From Mobula birostris (lineage: Eukaryota): a DNA stretch of 64,000 nucleotides. Shown here piece by piece: positions 25,190 to 39,600 of this stretch (positions are counted from its first letter, which is position 1; each line of letters begins with the position of its first letter). The position numbers and the translations under genes were made by a program. The stretch covers positions 178,522,057 to 178,586,056 of the forward strand of contig NC_092374.1 in NCBI RefSeq assembly GCF_030028105.1. The letters run 5' to 3'. A model generated the notes under the pieces. That model was not told the origin of the DNA. It ran no database searches and saw nothing but the letters and a program-made list of their open reading frames with translations.

Positions 25190-28100
25190 TCTACAGCTGC
25201 ACTCACTGGGGATGGGACCCAGAGCGATAGAGCAGTGAAAGAAGTGCATGGAGTAAAGCCAAATCTAACATCCAGAGCGGCTTTGAGGAAAGAGAAGCAG
25301 AATAAACGGTGTAAATACAGTAAGGTAGAAGGGCTGAAATGTGTATACCTCAATGCAAGATGCATCAGGAACAAAGGTGATAAACTGAGAGCTTGGATAC
25401 ACACATGGAATTATGATGTAGTGGCCATTACAGAGACTTGACTGGCATCAGGGCAGGAATGGATTCAAAATATTCCTGGATTTCAGTGCTTTAAAAGGGA
25501 TAGAGAGGGTGGAAAAAGGGGAGGAGGGGTGGCATTACTGGTCAGGGATATTATTACAGCTACAGAAAGGGTGGGTAATGTAGGAGGATCCTCTTTTGAG
25601 TCAGTATGAGTGGAAGTCAGGAACAGGAAAGGAGCAGTTACTCTATTGGGGGTATTCTATAGGCCCCCTGGTAGCAGCAGAGATACAAAGGAGCAGATTG
25701 GGAGACAGATTTTGGAAAGGCGCAAAAATAACAGGGTTGTTATCATGGGTGACTTTAACTTCCCTAATATTGATTAGCACCTGATTAGTTCCAAGGGTTT
25801 AGATGGGGCAGAGTTTGTTTAGTGTGTCCAGGACGGATTCCTGTCACAGTATGTGGACAGGCCGACCGGGGGAATGCCATAATAGATCAAGTACTAGGTA
25901 ATGAACCGGGTCAGGTCACAGATCTCTCAGTGGGTGAGCACCTGGGGGACAGTGACCACTGCTCCCTGGCCTTTAGCATTATCATGGAAAAGGATAGGAT
26001 CAGAGAGGACAGGAAAATTTTTAATTGGGGAAAGGCAAATTATGAGGCTATAAGGCTAGAACTTGCGGGTGTGAATTGGGATGATGTTTTTGCAGGGAAA
26101 TGTACTATGGACAAATGGTCGATGTTTAGGGATCTCTTGTGGGATGTAAGGGATAAATTTGTCACGGTGAGGAAGATAAAGAATGGTAGGGTGAAGGAAC
26201 CATGGGTGACAAGTGAAGTGGAAAATCTCGTCAGGTGGAAGAAGGCAGCATACATGAGGTTTAGGAAGCCAAGGATCAGATGGGTCTATTGAGGAATATA
26301 GGGAAGCAAGAAAGGAGCTGAAGAAGGGGTTGAGAAGTGCAAGAAGGGGGCATGAGAAGGCCTTGGTGAGTAGGGTAAAGGAAAACCCCAAGGCATTCTT
26401 CAATTATGTGAAGAAAAAAAGGATGACAGGAGTGAAGGTAGGACCGATTAGAGGTAAAGGTGGGAAGATGTGCCTGGAGGCTGTGGAAGTGAACAAGGTC
26501 CTCAATGAAAACTTCTCTTTGGTATTCAGCAATGAGAGGGAACTTTATGACGGTGCGGACAATATGAGTGAGGCTGATGTTCTGGAGGATGTTGATATTA
26601 AGGGAGAGGAGCTTTTGGAGTTGTTAAAATACATTAGGACAGATAAGTCCCCGGGGCCTGACGGAATATTCCGCAGGCTTCTCCACGAGGCCAGAGAAGA
26701 GATTGCTGAGCCTCTGGCTAGGATCTTTATGTCCTCGTTGTCCACGGGAATGGTACTGGAGGATTGGAGGGAGGCGAATGTTGTCCTCTTGTTCAAAAAA
26801 GGTAGTAGGGATAGTCCGGGTAATTATAGGCCAGTGAGCCTTATGTCTGTGGTGGGAAAGCTGTTGGAAAAGATTCTTAGAGATAGGATCTATAGGCATT
26901 TAGAGAATCATGGTCTGATCAGGGACAGCCAGCATGGCTTTGTGAAGGGCAGATCATGTCTAACAAGCCTGATAGAGTTTTTTGAGGAGGTGACCAGGCA
27001 TATAGATGAGGGTAGTGCAGTGGATGTGATCTATATGGATTTTAGTAAGGCATTTGACAAGGTTCCACAGGGTAGGCTTATTCAGAAAGTTAGAAGGCAT
27101 GGGATCCGGGGAAGTTTGGCCAGATGGATTCAGAATTGGCTTGCCTGCAGAAGGCAGAGGGTGGTGGTGGAGGGAGTACATTCAGATTGAAGGATTGTGA
27201 CTAGTGGTGTCCCACAAGGATCTGTTTTGCGACCTCTACTTTTCGTGATTTTTATTAACGACCTGGATGTCGGGGTAGAAGGGTTGGTTGGCAAGTTTGC
27301 AGACGACACAAAGGTTGGTGGTGTCGTAGATAGTACGGAGGATTGTCAAAGATTACAGAGAGACATTGATAGGATGCAGGAGTGGGCTGAGAAGTGGCAG
27401 ATGGAGTTCAACCCGGAGAAGTGTGAGGTGGTACACTTTGGAAGGACAAACTCCAAGGCAGAGTATAAAGTAAATGGCAGGATACCGGGTAGTGTGGAGG
27501 AACAGAGGGATCTCGGGGTAAATGTCCACAGATCCCTGAAAGTTGCCTCACAGGTGGATAGGGTAATTAAGAAAGCTTATGGGGTGTTAGCTTTCATAAG
27601 TCGAAGGATAGAGTTTAAGAGTCGCGAAGTAATGATGCAGCTCTATAAAACTCTGGTTAGGCCGCACTTGGAGTACTGTGTCCAGTTCTGGTCACCTCAC
27701 TATAGGAAGGATGTGGAAGCATTGGAAAGGGTACAGAGGAGATTTACCAGGATGCTGCCTGGTTTAGAAAGTATGCATTATGATCAGAGATTAAGGGAGC
27801 TAGGGCTTTATTCTTTGGAGAGAAGGAGGATGAGAGGAGACATGATAGAGGTGTACAAGATAATAAGAGAAATAGATAGAGTGGATAGCCAGCGCCTCTT
27901 CCCCAGGTCACCACTGCTCAATACAAGAGGACATGGTTTTAAAGTGAGGGGTGGGAAGTTCAAGGGGGATATTAGAGGAAGGTTTTTTACTCAGAGAGTG
28001 GTTGGTGCGTGGAATGCACTGCCTGAGTCAGTGGTGGAGGCAGATCACTAGTGAAGTTTAAGAGACTACTAGACAGGTATATGGAGGAATTTAAGGTGGG

Positions 28101-28190
28101 GGCTTATATGGGAGGCAGGGTTTGGGGGTCAGCACAACATTGTGGGCCGAAGGGCCTATACTGTGCTGTACTATTCTATGTTCTATGTTC
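25190..28190 (+). mobile_element. 5'-truncated CR1 (entire ORF2 region), same subfamily as 16290-20602
   Basis: Endonuclease and RT motifs in ORFs 25235-28051; several stops and frameshifts; tail TTCTATGTTCTATGTTC. Confidence 0.93.
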
Positions 28191-28860
28191 TAAATGGTGG
28201 TTCTTTATGGCGGTGGGATCTCGCTTCTGGAGCTCACCAATCGGCCATTTTCGATATCTCCAGGAGAGGCTTGAAAGACTTGCAGCTTCGGGGTGTGGCT
28301 TCAAGGAGCCCCTGTGGCCTCGAGTCCTTGCTGGTGTCAGCAACTGAGGCATCGCAGGAGAACAACTGACAGAACATTGTGACAGCGGGTGCAGCTGTCA
28401 GAGGCCTCTGCATTCTCTCTCTCTTGGAGAAACTTGGAACAAAAGCGATGCTGCAGATTGTAACGTCGTAACAGCCAGCTGTTTGTTGGACTCCCCTCTC
28501 TCTGGAAAGGGTGCCATCTCTCTCTCCCTTGTTAGTGAGAAAGAGAGAGCCTGCGCCATGTTGAATTGTTGGGTGAACAATGGTTCTTGTTGGACTGCAG
28601 ATCATAGTCTCACTTTGGGGGTTTGTTATTGCTTACTTGGCAGGTGGTGGGCATTGATGTTTCCTGCTGAAACAAGTGGGGCAAGGGGGAGGGGGAGTGC
28701 TGATGCTTTGTTGCTGCATGTGCGTGGGGGGCCTTTGGGTTTCTAGCATTTTTGTGTTATTCACTCTTTCGGGTTTTCTTGTTTCATGGATGTTGGTGAA
28801 GAGTAAGAATTTCAGGTTGTATACTGTATACTATATTCTGTGATATTAAATGAACCATTT
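28190..28860 (+). repeat. Unclassified interspersed repeat; related copy on - at about 55650-56460
   Basis: 28520-28700 aligns by eye with the reverse complement of 55860-56010 (gagagagagcctg...gggtgaacaatg...ggtggtgg). Confidence 0.5.
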
Positions 28861-29349
28861 ATTTTTTAAAGAAAACTTCTCTGCTGACTGAGCAGCTTCC
28901 CAAGGTACAACAATCCTTTAGCACGGCTCCCCTGACCATAAGGTGCTGAGCTGATACTTCCCAGCCAACAGCACTTCTTTCACCCTGTATGAAACTGATC
29001 TCATTCTCTTTCACTTCACTTTCATTGCGTATTCTAGTTTCTACTTCTGCTTCTGCTTTCCTTGTAATATGGTTCATATTATGATGCATTTCTTGTTTCT
29101 GATTGCTCCTCTTTGTTTGCTATTTTTGGGTGTTTTTGATTGGGCGGACTGCAGGTAATGAATTGAGTTGAACTGAATATGCCTGAACTCTTTCAATGTT
29201 ATGTTTTATATTCTGTGCTTTTCTCATTTTTCTGTTTCTGCATGGAGGGAGGGGTTGATGTTTTTCTTTGAACAGGTTCCTTGGTTTTCTTTCCGTCATG
29301 GCTGTCTGTGGAGAAGATGAATCTTAGGGACGTATACTACAGGGAACTA

Positions 29350-30300
29350 TTGTAGGGTAACGTAATTGCGAGAAATGGACATAATTCACAACCATTGACA
29401 TTGAGTTGGGGTTCCGCTTCAAGAGGCTGGTCTGACATGATGACATTACATAGAGATTTTTAGTGTGTTTTAGAGTTATAAATGTGTTACAGGCTCTCAG
29501 ACGATTCCAGAATTATTGAACACGTCGGGCAACACAATCGCTTTGAAACTGCCAAAGTTTTGCAAGCAAAGTGCCGTCACTTTTATCATACAAGCTGAGG
29601 CCCAGTTCGCTCTGCAAGAAATCACCACCAATGACACCAAATTTTACCAAATGGTAGCATCGCTCAGCATTTCTATGGCTACAAGAGTGGTGAGTCTGCT
29701 TGAACACCCGCCTGAACACAATAACTACCAATTGCTGAAAACTACCCTTTTACACAATTTTGTTCTATTGGAGTCTGAGTGTGCCAAACAGTTGTTCTTC
29801 TTATCCAGTCACGGTGATTCTAGACCTTTGAAGATAATGGACCATATACTGTATCTCCTGGGAAATCAGCATCTTTGTTTTATTTTTTAAAAACTCTTCA
29901 TCCAGCTAATGCTTGATCAAGTTTGCATAGCCCTCACTAATGCACCCGTGAAGTACTATAGCGAGCTTGTTAAAAAGGCTAATAGTCTACACTCAGCTAG
30001 GCAGTGGTGCATCATTCCTCCTCCTTTCTCTACCTCAATAAGCCCAGTCAGAAAGGCCCCCAACAAGAGGATGCCAGTGGCTGTGAAACTAACAATGCTG
30101 GGTCTGTGCTTTTATCATGCTCACTTTATTACATACATGAAGAAGTGCCAGCCATTTTCTGCTTTGACACTTCCAGCACATTGGGACATCAGAGATGTGT
30201 GAACACCCGTGAGCTTCAACTGCCAGGGTTGTCTGCTATTCATTATGGACATCTATTCAAGGTGATGTTTCCTGTGTGACACGTACTCAAGTGTGTGTGC
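29350..30300 (+). mobile_element. Degenerate Ty3/Gypsy gag remnant
   Basis: ALKLPKF...QAEAQFAL..IT..TKFY..VASL (gag N-terminus) and LCFYH..F...KKC (zinc-knuckle-like), with frameshifts. Confidence 0.72.
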
Positions 30301-30639
30301 TGCCAGCATAGCCTATTGAGGAGAAGGCAAAGAGCTATGAGGTCTTTCTGGAGGCTGACAACAGCAGCAAGATCCAGACTTAAAGGACACGACAGGTGTC
30401 GCTCTGCTTCAGTGGGTGACATTACACATAGGAATTTGTCCTGGCTAAAGTGGCTGGACCTCTGCTCGATGTAGATTTCCTGTGTGTCCAAGGAAACTTT
30501 CCTGAACACACTTGACAAACTCTATTCCATCCAATCCTTTTGCAGTTTGGGAGTCCCAGTCAATATGTGGAAAGTCAAATTCACATACTATCACAACCTT
30601 ATGTTTCTTGCAACAGCGTGCGATCTCTCTACAAATTAG

Positions 30640-31150
30640 TTCCTGTAAAGCCCACAGATGTTCTCCACTGCCAAGATGAAGCACAATGCAAGCTGGAGGA
30701 GCAACACCTTATAGACAGCCTGGATTGTTTATGACTCAACGGCTTGAATACTCAGTTGTTCAATTTTAGTTTAACACACCTTCCACCCACTTTAACCCCT
30801 CTCCACATATCCCTTTTTTCTTCCTCTCCTTCTGACCTTCCAGTCCTCCCACTTTTGTCCCCTTTCCCACACCCACCCCTAGCTTCCCACTCACCTTCAT
30901 CCCCGCCCCTCCTTTACTCATATATCACCCTTCTTACCTCCCTTCACCAGATTTCTCCTGTCCTCACATTGTCCTTCTCCATCTGTTTTTCTTCCCTCTT
31001 TCCTCCCTCTTTGTCTTCCTTCAGCTATCATTTACCTGCCACTGTCTCCCAACTCCAATTCCGCTCACCTACCCTACCTGTCTGTCATCTCACACCCTTC
31101 CTCAGTCCATCAGTTACCTACGAGTCCCTTTCCCAAAATCAAATTTCTTT
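30640..31150 (+). mobile_element. Old Penelope 3' remnant with pyrimidine-rich tail
   Basis: CQDEAQCKLEEQHLI matches the GIY-YIG C-terminus (CKDEATLRLEEQHLI) of 49513-49839. Confidence 0.6.
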
Positions 31151-32149
31151 AATGAAACTGTTCTTCTTTTCCAATGCATCCCTTCACACTTACACCCATA
31201 ACACCACTGAGCCATAGATACAGGCCTGTTGTGGTTTGGAGGCTTGTGTGCCTCATTCACCTGGAGGACTGTTGGCTGGAGTCAGGGCTTTATGTTTTTG
31301 TTCTTGGTAGGGTCATCCATGCCGAACAGGTCAAAGGGTAGAGGACAGACTAAGCGTTGTCCACCAGTTCTCCAGGTTCAGGGTTCAGCTCTGGGCTAAT
31401 ACACCTGACTGGTAACACAAACTTGTTATAGAAAGAGCAATTAAGAATCCTTCTGCATCTAAGTGTAATGGTCCACCCAGGACTTCAATGACTGACAGTA
31501 GTGAAAACTGAGTAGAAGCTACTGTCATGATGAAGGGAGCCTTGAATACCACCAGCGATGGAGAACCTTCATTGCTGCCCTAAATGCAAGCAGTATAACA
31601 GGCTGTAAGCTAAGGGGTCACAGAGTTTTCAATAGAGACACGACGAGGAGAGAGGAAGTAGAAGGGTCTCATGAGATGCCTGCTGCAGAAAAATCAGACT
31701 TGCATGATTTTCCTGTAACTCCTGGGTGTCCAGGTTTCCTTCCCCACCCCAATGATGCATAGATGGTGCATTAATTGGCAGCTGTAACTTGCCCCTAGTG
31801 TGTGAGTCAGGGGTAGAATCTGGAGTTGAGGGAGAAGATGATAAGAATCTGGAGTGAATAAAATAACAACCTGCAGCAGCTAATTTACCTCCTGATCTGC
31901 CATGTCTTTGGGATGAGGGATGAGCACCCAGCAGATACCCATGGAGTCACAGGAGAAACATGCAAACTGCCCACAGATATCACCCAAAATCAGAACTGAA
32001 CCTGTGTCTACAGTTAAGCTGCAGGGCTACCAGCTGCACCACTCCGCTGGTAGTGCCTTAAGGGAAGAATAACAGACGAAAGCCCAATGATCCATCAATC
32101 TGAAGCCCTGCCTCCTACACCAAATCCTTAGCCGCAACTGTATAATCTT

Positions 32150-34130
32150 TCTTTCTTTCTTTTCAAATCTTTTTATCACGATTATCCAAAATTAACAAGA
32201 GTACATCGAAGTAGGCAACACTTATAATGTCTCAAGAGAAAAATATTGTTTTAAAGATTGAAAAAATTCTGGTGACAAGAAAAAGAGGAAAAAATAAACC
32301 CTACTAAATCAAAGAAAAGTGAGAAAAGAAACACCATTAGGTGTTCAACCCTGGAGCCATGCGTCATACAAAAAGCTGCCAAAGATAAACATCAAACCGC
32401 CAGCAAGAAAAAATAATGTACCAAAAATTTACAATTAGATCGTGGAGGAAATCTATCAATTAACTCAAATGATAGTAACGAACAAATGAACTCCATCTGT
32501 TCTCAAAATCAAACATAGGTTCAAAGGTTTGACTTCTAATTTTCTCCAAACCAAGACATAGCATCACTTGAGAGAACCATTGTGACAAAATGGGAGCCAA
32601 CGTATCCTTCCACTTCAAAAAAATGGCCCTCCTAGCTACCAATGTACCAAATGCAATAACATGTTTGGTCACTGATATTTTGAGGAAGTATTCCAAAAAG
32701 CACAGTTAATTTGTTAGGTTGTAAATTAAGTTTAAGTGCTTTAGAAATTGTAGAAAAAACTGACTTCCAGAACTGTTCCAGTATGGAACAAGACCAAAAC
32801 ATGTGTGTCAGTATAGCTGTCTCAGTTTTACATCTATCGCAATAACTATCAACATTAGGAAACATTTTACACAATCTCTCATTCATCAAATAGTAACGAT
32901 GTACAATTTAAAATCGAATCAGTGAATGACTAGCACAGATCAAAGAAGAGTTAACCAACTTCAGAACCCGCGTCCAGACCTCTGTCATAAAAGTCAAATT
33001 AAGTTCCTTTTCCCAATCTTCTTTAATCTTAAATAAAGGACGCTTATCCCATTGTAACAGTAAATTATAAATTCTTCCAATGGAACCCTTCATCAATGGA
33101 TTCATACTCGTAATAGTATCTAACAAGTCGGCATCCAATATATAAGGAAAATTACTTAAATATTTTTGTAAGAAATGTCTAACTTGAAGGTATTGTAAAA
33201 AGTGTGAGTATAAAAGAGAATATTTATCAACTAACCGTTCAAAAGACATCAGTCTATCTGCTTAAAATAAATCCGAGAAAGAATGAATACCTTTATTTTT
33301 CTAAAGTAAAAAAATGGGTCACTCAAAGAAGGCTTAAAAAAAATTACGATAAATTAAACTACAAAGTTTAAATTGTTTAAAATTTTCATAAAATATGGAA
33401 CTGGAACCAAGTTTGTAAAGATTGCTTAATCACAGGGTATACATTTAAATTAGCAACTTTAGCTAATTGTATAGGTAAAGCTAAACAAGGTTAAATAAAA
33501 CTGTTTCATAGCTTTCAATTCCAAGTCTAGCCAAATTGGCCGATCATTCTTATCAACCCAGTGTAACCAAAAGGACATATATCGCACATTAACAGCCCAG
33601 TAATACATTCTTAAATTAGGCAAAGCAAGACCTCCATGCTTTTTCAAATTTGGTAAGTGACATTCACTAATTCTTGGTCTTTCATTATTCCAAATAAAAG
33701 ATAAAATAATAGAATCAATCTGATCAAAAAACTTCTTAGTCAGAAAAACAGGGATATTCTGAAATAAATATAAAAATTTTGGTAATATCATCATTTTGAC
33801 TATATGGATGCGACCAGCAAGTGAAAATGTAAGTGGGTTTCATCTACTAAATAAATACTTCATCAAATCTACCAAGGGAACAAAATCAGCTTCATAAAGA
33901 TCCTTATATTTTTCAGTGATTATAACACCTAAATACCTAAAGGAATCTGACTTTGAAAGGAGTATTATCATATACAGAAACAGATTCATTTAAAGGAAAC
34001 AGTTCACTTTTACTGAAATTTATTTCCTATCCTGAAAAATCTCCAAATTCATTAAATAATTTTAGCAAGGCAGGAATAGATGCCTCGGGATTGGATATAT
34101 AAACCAGTAAATCATCAGCGTAACTATATG
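32150..34130 (-). mobile_element. L1-type ORF2 3' fragment (second subfamily)
   Basis: ILPKFLYLFQNIP, GGLALPN...YYWA, CDRCK....LTHMFWSC, FENRWSSF; poly-T at the left end. Confidence 0.85.
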
Positions 34131-34429
34131 TTATAATTATGTGTTTTTTTTTCAGTTTTTCAGTCGTGTTCTCTCCTGTGTTTCTGTGATATCACACTGG
34201 AGAAATATTGTATCATTTCTTAATGCATGCATTACTAAATGACAATAAAAGAGGACTGCGTGTCCTCATAATCTAATTTAATCTAATCCAAAATCGGTCA
34301 AAAAGGAGTGAATGAATGGCACGGAATGATTTGGAAGTCGCTGATTGGTTGAGCTCTTGTCAATCAAAGGACTTAAACAACAGTAAAAATTGAGAGCTTC
34401 CTACTTCTAGCCTCACTGGCACGTGGTAC

Positions 34430-35370
34430 TTAGCAATCCTGAGATCACAACTTTGGAGGTCCTGCCCTTTAATTTAGCACTTAACTCCTTGAACTCCTTT
34501 CTATTTCTCTAACTAACAAATCCACTATCACCACTGCTCACCTCTTTTTCCCCATTCTCTTATGAATCACAGAGCCAGACTAAGTGCCAGAGACCTGACC
34601 ACTGTGACTTTCCTCTACCTGGTCATTCCACCCCCCCCCCCCCCCCCCCACAAAATATCCAAATTGATATTCCTGTTGTTGAGGGAGACGGCCACAGGGG
34701 TACTCTGCCCTGGCTGTTTAATCCCATTCCCTTCCTGACTGTCATCCAATTTCCTGTGTCCTGTGCCTTTGGTGTAACTACCTCTCTATATTTTCTAGCT
34801 ATCACCCTCTCAGCTTCCTAATGATCTGGACTTCATCTAGTTCCAGCCCCAATTCGTTAACGTGGATTGTTAGAAGCTGCAGCTGGATGCACTTCTCATT
34901 AGGCATACTGGAGGTCTCCCTGCCTTCCCACATCCCGCAAGAGGAGCATTCCACTATCCTGCCTGTCATCCCTACTGTTTTAAATAAAAAGAAGGGAAGA
35001 ACAATAAATTGTTGGGAAAATATCTACCTACAGCTTTTCGCTATCTCTCACTGAAGCTTCGAAGCTAAAACCTCAAAATCCTCACTCTGACTATCCACTC
35101 AAATGATGGCTACTCCACTTGCCCCTGCCTTCATTTAATTTGTTCTTGCCAATCAATGCTGATCGCTGATTGGCCATTGCTTAAAACCCCAAACTGCCAC
35201 ATGTCAATGCCCTATATATTCAATCAGCAAACCTGAGTGAGCTACGTCTTCTCACGCTTTGGATCTCTGTTATTCCATTGCTCAAAACACCAAACTGCCG
35301 CGTGTCAATGCCTGATATACTGAATTGGCAAAGTTAAGACAGCTACATCTTCTCAGGCTTGGTACCTCTG
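34430..35370 (-). mobile_element. CR1 5'/ORF1 remnant
   Basis: YREVVTP..Q..GNW.TVR.G, as in CR1 ORF1 at 19393-20304. Confidence 0.65.
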
Positions 35371-36018
35371 CTGGAAATATTTGAGATCGCTCAGTACCTG
35401 TGGAGAAAGAAAAGATGTTTAGTTTCAGCAGAGCTGAAACAGGAGAGGAAAGTTAGGGTTAGAAAGATAAAGCACAGTAGGGACAAAGCTACTGACCCTT
35501 GAATCTCACACTGACAATTGGTTAAAAAGCTTGATAGATCTTCTGTGCTTTGATCTCCAGTGGTAAAGAAAATTAGAGGGGGAAGGCTCGGGCAAAGAGT
35601 GAAAAAAATAGAGAATATTGAGAGAGTGGAGATGAATAGAGAGGATATAAGACCATAGATATAGGAACAGATTTAGTCTATTTTGCCCTTCTGGTCTGCT
35701 CCATCATTAAATTATGGCTGATTATTTTCTGAACTCCATTCACCATTCTTCCACCCAAAACCCTTCACCCCCTTACCAATCGAGGACCTATCAATCTCTG
35801 CCTTAAATACCCAAACAACTTGGCTTTCACAGCCCTCAGTGGGAACAAATTCCACAGATTCAGGCTGAATAAATTCCTCCTCATTCCAGTATTAAAAAGA
35901 AGTCCCTTTATTTTGGTGTGGCCTTCAGATCGGAGACTTTCCTGCTGATAAAAATATCCTCTCCGCGTTTACTCAATCCAGACCTTTCAGTATCAAGCAG
36001 ATTTCAATGAGATCCCCC

Positions 36019-36613
36019 TGACAGAGTGGACGGATAGGTAAATATGGGTATAGACTAAGAACAATGATTAGTTAATGATCAATCACCTTATGAGGACCTT
36101 AGCTTACTGTTGTTGGGCAAGTCAGAAAGAAACCCTACCCAGCAACAGTTGACGTATTAGACATTGTCCTCTATCTGGCCATACAGAAGGGACATCTCAA
36201 GGTATAACTAAATATGGGAAGGATAGCGTAGGGGATAGAATGTTCGAGAGAAAGGGGAAGGTGTGAATATAAGGAACTAATGTTGTATCCAGGCTAGCTG
36301 TGGCAGAATATAATTATAACTAACCAATGATGATTTTACATTGAATACTTATATTAACAGGTGATCGAAACTATTCTAAAACTGTCTTAACTCGTGTAAT
36401 TGTAAGATTTCCTGTGGACATAATGATTAATATTATAAATTGTGAAGAATTGTGATTTGGGGGAGGGTTGTGTCTGGACTGGCTCTTTGGGAGATCTGTC
36501 TATAACTTCCCCCATAGCATGCGATGAATAAAGAGTAAAGTTTGAGAAAATATTGCTTGTGTTATTATGTTTGTGGTATCTGCGTTCTTGCATCGGGTCG
36601 ATCCGCCTTGACA
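36019..36613 (+). mobile_element. Probable solo LTR inserted in a CR1 fragment
   Basis: TG...CA ends, AATAAA at 36527-36532, C-rich near-duplicated flanks; the CR1 sequence resumes on both sides. Confidence 0.5.
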
Positions 36614-39600
36614 ACCCCCAACCCCACCCATCCTTCTGAATTTCATTCAGTGCAAGTCAATAGAGATTAAGCACTCCTCATATATTAAGGAGAGAAGGAA
36701 GAATATGACAGATGAGGAAGAAAAGGCAAGAACAGGTGGTCAGAATTAGTTTTGAACCCAAGTAATGTAATCATTGAGTGCAGAGGAAGGTCTAATCTGA
36801 GACTGTGGTGTGGTCAAAGGGAGGGTGGTAGTGTGACATCCTCAGATACGGGGAGAGTACTACACTGTCAGTGGGGCCATGCACTGTGGAGGGGCAGGTA
36901 GAAGTTGTGGGGTACTGAAGGAGGAGCATTGCACAGTCAGTGGAGCAGACAGCATCTGTCATTGGGGAGAGGTGCTTTGTTATCTCTGAGGAATGCAATG
37001 AAGAAATGGCACTCCATCAGCAGTCAGTTGCAATGCATTGGCAGGGTGTAATTCAGAGGAACACTACTGCATTTCTCAAAATTAGAAAAGTAAGTTCATT
37101 ATATGCAGTACTACAAGTACCACATTAAATGAGGAGGGTAGGGAACAGCCCCTTCAAACAGGTAAAGAGAGGCTGCATCCTCATACACACCATATACTTG
37201 TGACACATGGTCTCTTTCAGCCCACGGAAGTGACAAGCAGCTGGGAAACTTATTACAGAGCTCTCTGTGTCAACATTGGGATATTGCTTTGGTTCCTCAC
37301 TGGGGATGGAAAACATCATGGTCTTTGGGCTCTTGTTAGTGGTGGAAGGTAGTGCTGTTGTTCTAGAGGGAGAGGGTTAGCACAACACAGTGAATTTCTG
37401 GACTTGTGCCGATGAACTGCTTTTTCTTCCTCAAGGAAGAAATGAAATCAAGGTTCCCCCCGCCAAAAAAAAAGAAATTTCATATTGTACTGTCTTCACA
37501 TATATTTTCTTGCAGCACAGGGTAGTCGAGGCCTCTGGGTGAGGACATTCAGGACATGGTTCTGCACCTAATTTTGTGCAACAACAAAGACTCCAGAGAC
37601 AGGGGTGTGGAAGGAAACGGACAGTTGACATATCAAGTCAAAATCCTTCATCTGGATTTGATCCAAAATGTTTAATCTCCATTTCCTTCCACAGACGCTG
37701 CTTAACACTATAAGCTCCCCAAGGAGTTTGGGTGTGGCTCCAGTTTGCAGCATCTGCAGCCTCTTCTGTCCTCCCAGGTAGGGATCTGTTGTCTGAGATG
37801 CAGAGTTACATTTGCTGTGAACTACCCACTGCACCCCAGTCCAACTCCAGCTGAGTAATGTTACACAGATTTTGCCTATTCCACAGAACAGATTAGGAAG
37901 AAGAATAGTTCTTAGTGTGTGCATGAGGAATTCAGAGCAAGTGATAGACAAGTGTGATTGGATGGGCATGGGGCTGTGAAACCTGTGGAGGAATAGAGTT
38001 TAGACTGTTTTGGAAGGCCTGGAATTTAGCAGCAGGAGTTTTGTGTTTGGACAAACAGCAGGGACTTAGATGTTAAAAGGAAAATCCCGAACCAAAGAAA
38101 CACAGAACAGTGCACTGGGAAACAGACTGTCCTTGTTATTCCTCAGGCTGGTGCTACCATGACTGAGAAGGGACAGCAATCAAAACACCTCATGAACCTA
38201 TTTACTATCCTGATCTTCTAACCTGGCCTTTAAACTACTTCCACTAATGGTCTATTTCCCCATAATCATTTTCCAGTTTAATCACATCAATGAGGACCAT
38301 AGGGCAATCTCCAATTTTGTCGTGATTCCCAGAGATTCCTTCTTAAGGTTTTATTTCCCCTCCAAGCCTGCTGATTATTTTTGGTCTCAGTCTTTTACTT
38401 TAAACTGTTTTGCTAATATCTTTCCTATCTACTGCATCCTGGACCCTTACAGCTTTTCATATCTCCCTTCAATATCTTCTGCTCCCAAGAAGCAATTGCA
38501 ACTGCTCAACTGTCCTCAAAAACAAAAGTACCCAGACTTTGCAGATCTCCCCTACACCCTCGCTTGTGCTATATCATCTTTGTAGTTCACATAACACGTT
38601 CCAACTTTACTTGTTGGGCAGGACTCAGTGAGCCCCATGGAGCAGGTCCCATACTGCGGTTCATGGCTATGTTTGCAATAATTGTTGGAGTGATGTAGAG
38701 GAGCAGTTTAGAGATAGCTAAGGCATTACTACAGGTGGGTAAACAGGGATCCATTATCTAATCCTATTTTCTGTCACAGTACTGGACAACCAATCTCTTC
38801 TCATTTTTCCTTTGCAGATAGTGTTTGGCCCTAACTCAAGCGCAGCTCTGAACACAGGGTGGAGCCTCAGCCTGCTCCGGTTATGAATGGCCACATATTT
38901 CAGTAAACTTAGTGTTGTATCAGTGTGGAAGCTGATTAGCTTAATCTTCTGCTGCTTTGCAATGCACCTTTTCACCAGTTTTAATTTCTTCTTACATCTC
39001 ACTCAGAATTCAGGTTTCAGTGTTGTGGTGTGTTGAAATCTGAGCATCTCATCCACAAGGTCTTACCTGAGATGAGTTGCTCTCCTCAACTTTAGCTAAA
39101 ACATCAATATCATATATTAGACCATTGCTGTGAAGGGCTGTGGCCAAGGAAAGTTCGTGGGACAGGCAGAGAAAGCTTTGCTGGGCGATTGGAAGTATCT
39201 CACTGGAAGTGGGAATGCTGTGGACACTGGAGACCCAAAAGTAATTCTTTCCTTAATGGAGATTGGGAGGGTCCAACATTTAGCTTAAAATATGAACAGA
39301 AGCCTCTGGCTAATGGAGCAATTCGGTTTGAGATTTGAGTTGAAAATATCTGAGAATCATAAAAAAATTGTAAATAGATTCATGAATATGTGTGTGGTGA
39401 ACTCTCTCTCCTTCTTGCTTCCCCCAAAGGAGGTTTCTTGCATTCTAACGATCTACCTCTCTCCCTCAATGCCATCAGAGGATGATGCCTCAGTACTCCA
39501 GTGATCCAGACTCAATCCTGATCTCCAGAATTGTCGGTGTGATTTTTTTCACATTGTCCCTGTGACTGCTCAGAGGTTCCAGTTCCTTCCTCTATCTCAA

